From: Nitrosospira multiformis ATCC 25196
GTDB taxonomy: Bacteria; Pseudomonadota; Gammaproteobacteria; Burkholderiales; Nitrosomonadaceae
Length of the DNA: 32,000 bases
Assembly: GCF_000196355.1 (NCBI RefSeq)
Contig: NC_007614.1
Span: 1,410,001 to 1,442,000, forward strand
Direction: 5' to 3'
The number at the start of each line of letters is the position of its first letter. Positions within the stretch are counted from its first letter, which is position 1. The position numbers were made by a program, and so were the translations under genes. This document shows positions 23,301 to 30,815 of this stretch, in pieces. The notes below the pieces were generated by a model. The model made no database searches and was not told the origin of the DNA. It was given only the letters and a program-made list of their open reading frames with translations.

Positions 23301-23474
23301 CTTGGTCACCAGGGTGCCAGCCCGCTCCGCCAGGTAACACAACATAGCGAAATTTTTCGGACGTAACGGTACTACTTGATCGTTGCGCCATAGGATGGCG
23401 TTGATCTTATCCAGCCTGAAAGGATGGAATTCCAAGTAAGTTGTCTGCATTCCATTGCTCCTGACACATCTCAA
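20388..23474 (-). CDS. Winged-helix (OmpR/CadC-type) DNA-binding domain fused to AAA ATPase and TPR-like region, transcriptional regulator
   Basis: N-terminal LEFHPFRLDKINAILWRNDQVVPLRPKNFAMLCYLAERAGTLVTKDELLDAVW; Walker A FVTGESGIGKSTLIE; LILVLEDLHWSD; long helical-repeat C-terminus. A start at 23450 (MQTTYLEFHPF) is plausible. Confidence 0.85.
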   Translation of the reverse strand: MRCVRSNGMQTTYLEFHPFRLDKINAILWRNDQVVPLRPKNFAMLCYLAERAGTLVTKDELLDAVWQRRFVGEAVLKVCINEVRRALGDSVSAPTYLLTVPKRGYRFIAQVTEVKSSEEVEEVICPVFPKNQRSDKVAYWIDRPSPQARLLTIWQKSLVGSRQIVFVTGESGIGKSTLIEMFLSTISSQSPGVLRMRCIERFGQGEALLPMIEAIEKRCNAPGGGKLVELLYRHAPVWLAQLPSVLRPEERVALQQEIFGASRERMVREGCELLETLSKVPLILVLEDLHWSDHATLDFLSLLAQRHVPAYLMVLATYRPIDASQRVHPVTEVHRDLQLRGICSEVALEPFSCNEVKHYLTRRCPGINIPDSISQALFIRTGGHPLFISNLIEYLMEQHQWSPLSQQIGIDTALPETIRRVIEREIERLSHDEQRVLTVASVAGMRFSGNLLCSVLGMEIAEADRCCNALVRRGQILVSDGMEQSTKGVVAGYYAFRHALYLEVFYQRLSPSETIRMHLRIGEYLEKAYGEQNVEHAGELALHFENGWDWLRAIRYLVQAADNSTRRFANRQAHDYLARAVRMIERLPDEQQAKTRISLLKQSAAVRRSMGDMAGAKTDLEKMLAAAKALGDSREQAVGLLELSRVLVLLNRLECLEFAEQAVSASTALEDKVFHSIVKGMWGGLNLLLRPWREDYSAACHESMDAVRATGNPLALHSRLTQHIYVELLASNYQAAATTAVEALALSRVMGDGYMFIAGHYYYGLTLLHKGEWGRLRETAEQSRRAFEGHDAGLLLRLHRHILLGWLHVVSGDFSGAKAYCEEALSEGVGAWADFVSVHCSAILGKALHGLKDYAGAIRCFDAFFQAEKNNALPIFSNYFFPACLGMGETWLALGKLDKARRYAQRLYDLSSGPSERTYLALSHRLFAEIAIVEESWDEVHSHITKALEIVENAEIPLAAWRVYATGEKLHYRQDDGKRMGYYRSKKQDEIDQLLNSLQPSDPLRKHLLNLAGTHECDSLSPVRYSPL

Positions 23475-23510
23475 GTCTTATGGAGGAGGTTGAGAAAAAT
23501 AAGTTGAGCA

Positions 23511-23532
23511 ATATTTAACCGATATTTAACCG
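23511..23532. repeat. Perfect tandem repeat, 2 x ATATTTAACCG (11 bp unit)
   Basis: Read directly: ATATTTAACCG-ATATTTAACCG immediately upstream of the minus-strand regulator gene. Confidence 0.85.
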
Positions 23533-23857
23533 AATTTTTATGATTTTTCCTTTCAATTCCACGATCCTAGCTCGGATGATCAAGAGAAGCGGTGATGAAG
23601 AAAGCAAACTTGATAGACATGGCCCGCCTGAGTGGGCCACCTGAAAGAGGGTCAGCTCGAGAGGCTGCTTTTCACCTCGCGTCAGACGGGTTCGATACGT
23701 CTGCCGCGGGTTGCAGCGTTGCTTGTTTTGTTATCCATAATCAATAACTGCGTCAGAGCAGGGCCTGCGAATGCTGCCTGTTTTTCTATCGGGATGGCAT
23801 TCTAAAGCTCATACTCAAGCTTTACATTTTATCAATTGTTAGGAAGAAGAGGGAAAT

Positions 23858-24367
23858 ATGAAGATGTGGAAAGGAATGCCGGTTTTATTCGCTTCGACTG
23901 TACTGACTGCTTGTGCCACCATCATGGGGAACAGTGCTCATGAAACTCTGAATGTTCGAAGTGCACCTGATCAGGCAACTGTCGTGATTGTGGATGAATC
24001 CGGCACCAAAATATTCGAGGGCAAAACGCCTACCTCCTTGCCCCTCGAGAAGAAAAAGGGTTATTTCAGCGGTAAAAAGTACTCAGTAAACATAAAAAAA
24101 GAAGGGTTTGCAGAACAAAACGTTACTGTGGATACAAGGGTTAACGGCTGGTATGTGGCAGGCAATCTGGTATTTGGAGGAGTTATTGGCTGGCTCATCG
24201 TTGATCCTGCAACGGGAGCCATGTGGAAACTGGATACGAATGAAATAGATGTCACCTTGCAAGGCTCAAAGCGGGCTAGAGCAGTTGAGCCAAACACCGC
24301 CCGCATTGTTCTTCTGGAAGATGTTCCCCCCTCCTTGCGTAGCAGGATGGTTAGAGTCTCTCAATAA
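23858..24367 (+). CDS. Putative lipoprotein with PEGA-like domain, function unknown
   Basis: Lipobox-like VLTAC after short hydrophobic N-terminus; PDQATVVIVDESGTKIFEGKTPTSLPLEKKKGYFSGKKYSVNIKKEGF resembles PEGA/carboxypeptidase-regulatory-like surface domains. Confidence 0.72.
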   Translation: MKMWKGMPVLFASTVLTACATIMGNSAHETLNVRSAPDQATVVIVDESGTKIFEGKTPTSLPLEKKKGYFSGKKYSVNIKKEGFAEQNVTVDTRVNGWYVAGNLVFGGVIGWLIVDPATGAMWKLDTNEIDVTLQGSKRARAVEPNTARIVLLEDVPPSLRSRMVRVSQ

Positions 24368-24389
24368 TAAGTTGCGGGGAAGATAGAAA

Positions 24390-24426
24390 TTCCGGCAATT
24401 ATCATCCGGTCTAATGATTGCCGGAA
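24390..24426. repeat. Inverted repeat TTCCGGCAAT-N17-ATTGCCGGAA
   Basis: Perfect 10-bp arms 24390..24399 and 24417..24426, 3' of the lipoprotein gene; possible transcript end structure, but no T run. Confidence 0.6.
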
Positions 24427-24792
24427 ATTAAAACAGAAAAATAATCGATCGGACAATGAGCTCAACCGTGTGGGACAGGCGTTCATTTTATTGATCCCGT
24501 CATATGTTAAAGCCGGAAGCGCCGAGCAGAACGCAAAAGATTTGCAGATCAATGAGCCCGCTTTAAGGCTGTATTAATAAAATTTTGTGCATGACGGAAC
24601 AGCAGCGTAATGAAGAGCTGTAAGTAGCCTCATCGCCTGCTCTTCTCAATATAAATACATATGCAGATTATCTAAGATGCCATTCGAACGCCGACGAATA
24701 GGCTTTAGCATTTAACGATCGGCGTAAGTAACAAGAGGGAAAATTTAATTTTTTGGAGGAAAATAATGAATGTAACAACAAAATCTCTAATC

Positions 24793-24820
24793 TGTAGTAG
24801 TCGCGATCCCATCAGACAGT
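24793..24820. repeat. IS left terminal inverted repeat
   Basis: TGTAGTAGTCGCGATCCCATCAGACAGT, matches the reverse complement of the right end at 21 of 28 positions. Confidence 0.88.
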
Positions 24821-24855
24821 TTCCCGATTTGACTGGTGCAGTTGTCAGATCAGAT

Positions 24856-25899
24856 TCAACTGTTCAGTAATGTGATTTTATCGTTCCACACCTCCTTTCC
24901 GTCAATTAATGTTTGCATGGGTGTTCGCCCGCAGCACATCTTGCCCTGATGAGTGCGGTCGTGATTGTAGTAGTGCAGCCAGTCATCCAGGTCAATTTGC
25001 AACTCCTCGATTGATCGGTATATCTTGCGCCGGAACGCGACCTGGTAGAACTCTTGCAGGATCGTCTTGTGAAAGCGCTCACAGATGCCGTTGGTCTGCG
25101 GATGATTGGCTTTGGTGCGAGTATGTTCAATATCATTGAGCGCCAGATAGAGCTGATAATCGTGAGTCTCTGGCTTGCCGCAATATTCAGTGCCTCGGTC
25201 GGTCAGAATTCGGATCAGGCCCATGTCCTGTTCTGCAAAGAAGGGTAGTACCCGATCGTTGAGCAAATCCGCGCCTGTAATCGGCGTTTTGGTCGTATAG
25301 AGCTTGGCTGTGGCCCACTTGGAGTAGGTGTCGACGAAGGTCTGCTGATAAATACGACCCACGCCCTTGATCGTGCCCACATAGAAGGTATCCTGACTGC
25401 CAAGGTAGCCTGAATGGGCGGTTTCCACCTCCCCATGGGCGACATCGTCGTCCTGCTTCTTCTCCAGGGCACTAACCTGCGCTTCGGTCAGCACTTCTCC
25501 AGTCTGCGCGATATGACATTCCAGTGCCGCCAACCGCTTCTTGAATGATTCCAGGTCCCTGCGCAGCCAGACAGAGCGAACGCCTGAAGGAGAAATGAAG
25601 ATGCCGCGTTTGCGTAACTCGTTGGAAACGCGCACTTGCCCGAATGCAGGCTGCTCAAGGGCAAATGCAGCTACCGCCATCTCGACTGCTTCTTCAACTC
25701 TATTCTTGGGATTGGGCTTCCTTCGATTGGCATCAATCAGGGCATCGATACCACCATTTTCCATCGCTGACTGATACCGATAGAAGGTATCCCGGGAAAA
25801 GCCCATCACCTTGCAGGCACGCGATACATTGCCAAGCTCGGCTGCCAGATTAAGCAGCCCTACCTTGTGCTTAATAACATTTTGTTGAACACTACTCAT
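24856..25899 (-). CDS. Transposase, IS481-like (HTH + rve/DDE integrase core)
   Basis: 347-aa single ORF; HTH NLAAELGNVSRACKVMGFSRDTFYRYQ; catalytic-region candidates FVDTYSKWATAKL, ILTDRGTEYCG, HPQTNGICERFHKTILQEFY. Confidence 0.93.
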   Translation of the reverse strand: MSSVQQNVIKHKVGLLNLAAELGNVSRACKVMGFSRDTFYRYQSAMENGGIDALIDANRRKPNPKNRVEEAVEMAVAAFALEQPAFGQVRVSNELRKRGIFISPSGVRSVWLRRDLESFKKRLAALECHIAQTGEVLTEAQVSALEKKQDDDVAHGEVETAHSGYLGSQDTFYVGTIKGVGRIYQQTFVDTYSKWATAKLYTTKTPITGADLLNDRVLPFFAEQDMGLIRILTDRGTEYCGKPETHDYQLYLALNDIEHTRTKANHPQTNGICERFHKTILQEFYQVAFRRKIYRSIEELQIDLDDWLHYYNHDRTHQGKMCCGRTPMQTLIDGKEVWNDKITLLNS

Positions 25900-25987
25900 G
25901 GGGTTACTCCTTTGCGCTTTCAGCGCTCAATTTGATAAAGATTCGCACCTCTATCAAACCGGGTAACCCCGCTTTTCGCAAGGCCCT

Positions 25988-26015
25988 ACTGTCAGATTAA
26001 ATCTGAACTACTACA
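25988..26015. repeat. IS right terminal inverted repeat
   Basis: ACTGTCAGATTAAATCTGAACTACTACA, immediately followed by target duplication TCTAATC. Confidence 0.88.
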
Positions 26016-26028
26016 TCTAATCGCTGCT

Positions 26029-26673
26029 ATGATTTTTGGAGGATCGGCTGCTACAGCAGACGCCTCTTCCGTCATTACCGGAGTTACAGCAAGCGGACCA
26101 GGCTTGGGGTCATTTTCTTTTAGTGAATTAGGTTCGTCAGCAGTTTTGAATTTTTCAACGACGTTTTCAAGTGTTAATCCCATCACTCTCAAGTTCACGG
26201 TTGCTCACGAAGATGGTACTGGTGTTAGTGTCCCTTACCATATATACGACGCGATCAAGAATAATACGCCGGAAGCTTTTTCAAGCTTTCACTTGCACAT
26301 CAATGAGTCATCAAGCGCTCCAAGGGATGGTGTAGTCTTTACCAGCTTTAACTCGGCTGATGATTTTTTCGCACCCGATTTCACTCCCAGCTTCACACTC
26401 GATTCTTCATCAATAAATCAACCTGCGCTTTTTGAACCGACTGGCCCCCGAGATCTTAACTTCACGGGAGAGCTGAAAGCTGGGGAAACTGCGATTCAGT
26501 CATATTACAGTCTTGACTTGCCCGATCCTGGTGTTGGGAACACATATACATTTTCCCTGACCCAGACTCCTGTGGCTGGAGTAGTTCCAGAACCGGAGAC
26601 CTACGCAATGTTCCTGGCAGGTCTTGGCCTGATGGGCTTTATGGCACGCCGAAAACAAAAACAATCAGCGTGA
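26029..26673 (+). CDS. PEP-CTERM sorting-domain protein, residual ORF left after IS insertion
   Basis: 214-aa ORF; C-terminal VPEPETYAMFLAGLGLMGFMARRKQKQ. The start codon falls inside the original signal peptide's hydrophobic core. Confidence 0.8.
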   Translation: MIFGGSAATADASSVITGVTASGPGLGSFSFSELGSSAVLNFSTTFSSVNPITLKFTVAHEDGTGVSVPYHIYDAIKNNTPEAFSSFHLHINESSSAPRDGVVFTSFNSADDFFAPDFTPSFTLDSSSINQPALFEPTGPRDLNFTGELKAGETAIQSYYSLDLPDPGVGNTYTFSLTQTPVAGVVPEPETYAMFLAGLGLMGFMARRKQKQSA

Positions 26674-26681
26674 GTAGTGAG

Positions 26682-26706
26682 AAAACCCGCACTAAGCGGG
26701 TTTTTT
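26682..26706 (+). terminator. Rho-independent terminator after PEP-CTERM gene
   Basis: AAAACCCGC-ACTAA-GCGGGTTTTTT, 9-bp stem, 5-nt loop, T run. Confidence 0.88.
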
Positions 26707-26830
26707 ATATGCCAGAACCTTCGACGAGGGGCAGCGAGGATTTCCGGAATTCCCGGGACATAGTAAGTATTCATCCGCCGCCGGGAACCTGGGCAGAATT
26801 CCTCTTTCACTGTTATCCCCGTTCAGCGGT

Positions 26831-27328
26831 TCAGTATGAAACCGTTCCATCAATTTCAATTTTCCCTTTCCCGGTCGCGATATCCTGATCTCCTTTCAAT
26901 TCCGCAATTCCCCTTGCTCCGCTAAAACGCCCTGTTCCGCTGCTTATTTCAAATTTCGCATCCCTCAGGTTGTACCTGGATTGATCATCGGCCGGTACAA
27001 ATGCACCTTTGTACAAGCCGGTAACGGTATCGCCGTTTGCCATCGTCAAGGTGAACGTGCCCTCGAAAATAAAGTGATCCTCCATGGGGGTAATGCAGTC
27101 GATCGCCTTGAGCGAAACCTTGCCCATGTGGGTACTTTTGCCGATACCTGTAGTGGTACCACCGAATTTGGAAGGACAATCCGCTCTGAATCCAGGCTGT
27201 TCATGGGTCTCTACGCTTGCCTTGAGCGGCCTGCTGGTTGAATCGGCCAGCAACACCGTCGGCAGCATGAGGATTGCAGACAGAATTGCAGAAATGATGT
27301 TGCGCGTTAAAGCTTGAAGAATTACCAC
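26831..27328 (-). CDS. Small secreted/periplasmic protein, function unknown
   Basis: 165 aa; N-terminal hydrophobic signal-like MVILQALTRNIISAILSAILMLPTVLLADS; Gly/Thr-rich beta-type body (FEGTFTLTMANGDTVTGLYKGAF...GTGRFSGARGIAELKG). Confidence 0.7.
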   Translation of the reverse strand: MVILQALTRNIISAILSAILMLPTVLLADSTSRPLKASVETHEQPGFRADCPSKFGGTTTGIGKSTHMGKVSLKAIDCITPMEDHFIFEGTFTLTMANGDTVTGLYKGAFVPADDQSRYNLRDAKFEISSGTGRFSGARGIAELKGDQDIATGKGKIEIDGTVSY

Positions 27329-27430
27329 AGGTCATACTCCTAGTAGATATTGAAAACACTCATTCAAATGAAACTGACAGGGTTAGCCCGCATTCTTCTC
27401 AGCGAGAAAGAAAGATTCCCGCTGCCGTTG

Positions 27431-29116
27431 TCAATGCGATTCGTTGATGATGCGCCCTTCGAAAGGTTGTAATTGATGCACAGGGCTTTGAGGATGCGTG
27501 GAAAGCAGTACGGGTTTATTCAAGGGGATTTTAACCCGCTGGCGGGACATGTTGAGGAGCACTACGTGCTTCTCTTCATTGAATATTCTGCGGTAGGCGA
27601 GAATTTTCCGGTTGCAGAGGTCATGCAAGATTTCAAGGCGCCCCGCATGCAAGCTTGGCGTCCTGTTGCGAAACAGGAGGATTTTCCTGTAAAAATTGAG
27701 AAGGGAATGCGGTTCCGAAATCTGTTTTTCCACATTTATTTCCCTGAAGCTGTCTGCCACCGGCAACCAGGGCTCTGCTGAACTCCCACAAAAGCCTGCC
27801 CTGGGCCTTTCATTCCATAGCATCGGGGTACGGCACTCGTCTAGATTGAGAATTTCACTGCTGCGATCAACCAGAAACTGCGGTACCCATTTATGCTGGA
27901 TGGCAATCGCATCTTTTCCGTCTTTCAGGGGAATTCTTACCCGAGGTATGCCAATCTCATCACCGAAGTAGGTGAAGGGAATCCCCCGGCAGGTAAACTG
28001 GAACAGGGCCAGCAGTTTTGCCTTTTCTATACTCCCTCCCAGGCGGCTGATGACACGGTTGCGGTCATGGTTGGCAAAGACGAGAGTGGGTATCAGCGGT
28101 TCGGGAAAATGCTTCTCGAATGTCATCAGCATTTCGCGGTATTTTTCCGCCTTGAAAGGTGTGGAAATGGCCTTGAAAAGAAAAACAGCGTGCAATCCAT
28201 GCTGCCCATCGTTTCGACAGAAGCGATGGATCAGTGCTTCATCTCCATGTGATTCCCCGATAAGCACCCTTTTGGGGTTATCGAACTCATCCACTACGCG
28301 CCGCAGCTCGATAGCGAATTCGAAGCTCTTTTCGTGGAGAAAATTGTTTTTCAGGTTCTGGAAAAAGATGGACAGCGATTTATCCGATGGGGTCAAACGG
28401 GGACTGGGAGGGTTGCTGCGCAATTCTGAGTCCTCGTAGATGGCACTGATGATATCGAGACGGAATCCATCCACCCCCTTGTTCAGCCAGAATCTGATGA
28501 CCTCGAACATCGCCTGTTTGACTTCAGGATTGTGGTAGTTCAGGTCGGGCTGAAAAGGGAGGAAAGCGGTGTAATAGAATTGCTTCCGTCGCGGATGGTA
28601 AGTCCAGGCTTTGTTACCTGCCATGGCGCGCCAGTTATTTGGGCGCCTCAAACCCTTTTTGCCTTTTCCATCTTTCCAGACGTACCAGTCGGCTTTGGGA
28701 TTGTCGCGCGAGCTTGCGGATTCGATGAACCAGGAATGCTCGCTCGAAGTGTGATTCAGCACCAGGTCGAATATCAGTTTCATGCTGCGCCGGTGCACCT
28801 CTTCAACCAGTTTCTCAAAGAGCGGCATATCGCCATATTCAGGAGAGATGGAGAGGTAATCGCTGATGTCGTAGCCGAAGTCCTTTTGTGGACTTTGCGT
28901 AAAGGGCGACACCCAGATTGTTTCATATCCGAGATCGTGCAGATAATCCAGTTTTTCGATGATGCCCTGGATATCTCCGATTCCATCGCCATTGGAGTCG
29001 TAAAAAGAACGCACATAGACATGATAAACGGTGGTTTTCTTCCACCATTCGTCTTCAGCGTTCGAATTGTCAGGGGCAGTGCGACTCATGGAATGGGCGG
29101 GTGGACCCAAAATCAT
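27431..29116 (-). CDS. GH13 alpha-glucosidase / oligo-1,6-glucosidase-like glycoside hydrolase
   Basis: VYHVYVRSFYDSNGDGIGDIQGI, DLVLNHTSSEH, GVDGFRLDI, LIGESHGD, FANHDRNR conserved GH13 regions. Start likely at MSRTAPDNSNAEDEW (29092). Confidence 0.9.
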   Translation of the reverse strand: MILGPPAHSMSRTAPDNSNAEDEWWKKTTVYHVYVRSFYDSNGDGIGDIQGIIEKLDYLHDLGYETIWVSPFTQSPQKDFGYDISDYLSISPEYGDMPLFEKLVEEVHRRSMKLIFDLVLNHTSSEHSWFIESASSRDNPKADWYVWKDGKGKKGLRRPNNWRAMAGNKAWTYHPRRKQFYYTAFLPFQPDLNYHNPEVKQAMFEVIRFWLNKGVDGFRLDIISAIYEDSELRSNPPSPRLTPSDKSLSIFFQNLKNNFLHEKSFEFAIELRRVVDEFDNPKRVLIGESHGDEALIHRFCRNDGQHGLHAVFLFKAISTPFKAEKYREMLMTFEKHFPEPLIPTLVFANHDRNRVISRLGGSIEKAKLLALFQFTCRGIPFTYFGDEIGIPRVRIPLKDGKDAIAIQHKWVPQFLVDRSSEILNLDECRTPMLWNERPRAGFCGSSAEPWLPVADSFREINVEKQISEPHSLLNFYRKILLFRNRTPSLHAGRLEILHDLCNRKILAYRRIFNEEKHVVLLNMSRQRVKIPLNKPVLLSTHPQSPVHQLQPFEGRIINESH

Positions 29117-29162
29117 GGTACCGGGATTGGGAAAACATGTCGGTCATTTTAATCTGAAAGCA

Positions 29163-30608
29163 CTAGTTTGCCTGTTGTTTTCCAAGATGGCTGTGCTTGC
29201 GGGCATATGCGAAATAGATAATCAGGCCGGTACCTGCCCAAGCAAGGAATAGCCTGATTGTTTCCCACCCCAGGCTGACGAACAGCAGACCGCAGCCCCC
29301 CATTGCCAGGGGGCCGACCATCCACAGCATAGGGGTCTTGAAAGGCCGATGGAGATCGGGCGCACGGCGCCGCAGGACCATCACGCCGAGAGCGACCATG
29401 AAGAAAGCGAAGAGCGTCCCGGAATTGGAAATATCAGCCAGCATGCCTACCGGAAACATGGCAGCGAACAGCGCGACGGCCGTTCCCGTGACCAGGGTGA
29501 CAATATGGGGAGTGTGAAAGCGTTTGTGTACATGAGAAAAAATACTGGGCATCAATCCATCATGAGACATGGTGAAGAGGACGCGGGTCTGTCCATAGAG
29601 CATCATGAGCACGACGGAGGGCAGTGCGACAATTGCCGCCGAAGCCACCCAGTTGCCTATGGTCGGGTAACCGACCTCGCGCAGCACAAATGCCAGCGGT
29701 TCTTTGGAGAGGGACAAATCACCTCCCGGCTGCGCTCCCACTGCTCCGACTGCGGCGTAGGCGACGACGAGATAAATGAGAGTGCAAATCGTCAATGAAG
29801 CTATCAATCCTATCGGCACATTACGGTTTGGGTTGCTCGTTTCTTCGGCTGCGGTGGAAACAGCATCGAATCCGACATAGGCAAAGAAGATGGAGGCAGC
29901 GGCACCCAGGATTCCCACTCCTGAAAGCGGTGTGCCCCATCCGTTGGGCAGCATGGGTTGGAAATTTACGGAATTTACCGCCGGCAAGGCAAGAATGATA
30001 AATGCAGTAAGCGCGATAATTTTTATGACAACCAGAACTGCCGTAAACCTCGCGCTTTTTGTCGTGCCCATGACCAGCAGCACGGTGACGAACAACGACA
30101 CCAGAAATGCCAGCAGGTTGAATCCTCCTGCCGATGGGGTCCCGTCCGCCCCGGCAATCGTGTCCGCCGGTCCTGCCGTCAGGGCAACCGGCAGCCCGTA
30201 GCCTATTTCGTTCAGGAAGCCATTGATATAACCGGACCAGCCAACGGCTACCGCTGCTGCGGCGATCGCATACTCCAGAATCAGCGCCCAGCCGACCATC
30301 CATGCGGCGAGTTCACCGAACACCGCATAAGAGTAGGTGTAGGCCGATCCTGCCACCGGTACGATCGCGGCAATTTCAGAATAGACAAGGGCGGCGAGCG
30401 CGCAGACAAACCCGGCTATGAGGAAGGAAAACATCATGCCCGGACCTGCCTTGTCCGCGGCAACCGAAGTCAATACAAAGATGCCGGTGCCGATGACGGC
30501 GCCAATTCCCAGCATGGTCAGATCAAATGCGCCAAGCTGTCGTTTGAGCCCTCGGGTTTCAGCCGACTCCAGAATTTGATCCACAGGTTTGACGCGCTCA
30601 AACAGCAC
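29163..30608 (-). CDS. APC-family amino-acid permease (cationic amino-acid transporter-like)
   Basis: 481-aa, multiple TM helices; LTMLGIGAVIGTGIFVLTS, PVAGSAYTYSYAVFGELAAWMVGWALILEY. Confidence 0.92.
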   Translation of the reverse strand: MLFERVKPVDQILESAETRGLKRQLGAFDLTMLGIGAVIGTGIFVLTSVAADKAGPGMMFSFLIAGFVCALAALVYSEIAAIVPVAGSAYTYSYAVFGELAAWMVGWALILEYAIAAAAVAVGWSGYINGFLNEIGYGLPVALTAGPADTIAGADGTPSAGGFNLLAFLVSLFVTVLLVMGTTKSARFTAVLVVIKIIALTAFIILALPAVNSVNFQPMLPNGWGTPLSGVGILGAAASIFFAYVGFDAVSTAAEETSNPNRNVPIGLIASLTICTLIYLVVAYAAVGAVGAQPGGDLSLSKEPLAFVLREVGYPTIGNWVASAAIVALPSVVLMMLYGQTRVLFTMSHDGLMPSIFSHVHKRFHTPHIVTLVTGTAVALFAAMFPVGMLADISNSGTLFAFFMVALGVMVLRRRAPDLHRPFKTPMLWMVGPLAMGGCGLLFVSLGWETIRLFLAWAGTGLIIYFAYARKHSHLGKQQAN

Positions 30609-30815
30609 AATGTCTCTCCAGTAATAAATGCAAAGGATTTCAGTTGGATTTTAACCGGTTTCGCTCAAGCTCGGCGGTTGCGGGCAAGATCGTTATTTTA
30701 AACCAGCAGACCGCCGCAAACCAAAATGCTGTGGGGAAAACGGCCAGGCTGAGGAAGAATTATCGCAGGAATGCGCGGGACGGCGGCAATTCATGGGTCG
30801 CCAGAGGAGTGAAGC

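Larger units (their letters stand above)
24793..26015 (-). mobile_element. IS481-like insertion sequence, ~1223 bp, with TIRs and 7-bp target-site duplication
   Basis: Left end TGTAGTAGTCGCGATCCCATCAGACAGT; right end (reverse complement) TGTAGTAGTTCAGATTTAATCTGACAGT, 21/28 identical; flanked by TCTAATC at 24786..24792 and 26016..26022. Confidence 0.9.
24766..26673 (+). pseudogene. PEP-CTERM exosortase-substrate gene interrupted in its signal peptide by an IS element
   Basis: 5' fragment 24766..24792 (ATG AAT GTA ACA ACA AAA TCT CTA ATC, preceded by GGAGG) and 3' fragment from 26023 (GCT GCT ATG ATT TTT GGA GGA ...). Joining them gives 225 aa MNVTTKSLIAAMIFGGSAATADASSVITG... ending VVPEPETYAMFLAGLGLMGFMARRKQKQSA. 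Confidence 0.85.

Noticed and set aside
23620-23639. Short palindrome TGGCCC-N8-GGGCCA as a terminator
   Set aside because: Only a 6-bp stem, no T run, and no gene ending nearby; probably not functional.
24850-26006. Inner inverted pair (TCAGATTCAACTGTTCAGTAA / TCAGATTTAATCTGACAGTAG) as IS termini
   Set aside because: Weaker and gapped, with no target duplication; the outer TGTAGTAGT ends give a perfect 7-bp TSD and restore the target gene.
29958-30701. 247-aa plus-strand ORF opposite the amino-acid permease
   Set aside because: Antisense to a clear APC transporter, and the composition is typical of a shadow ORF.
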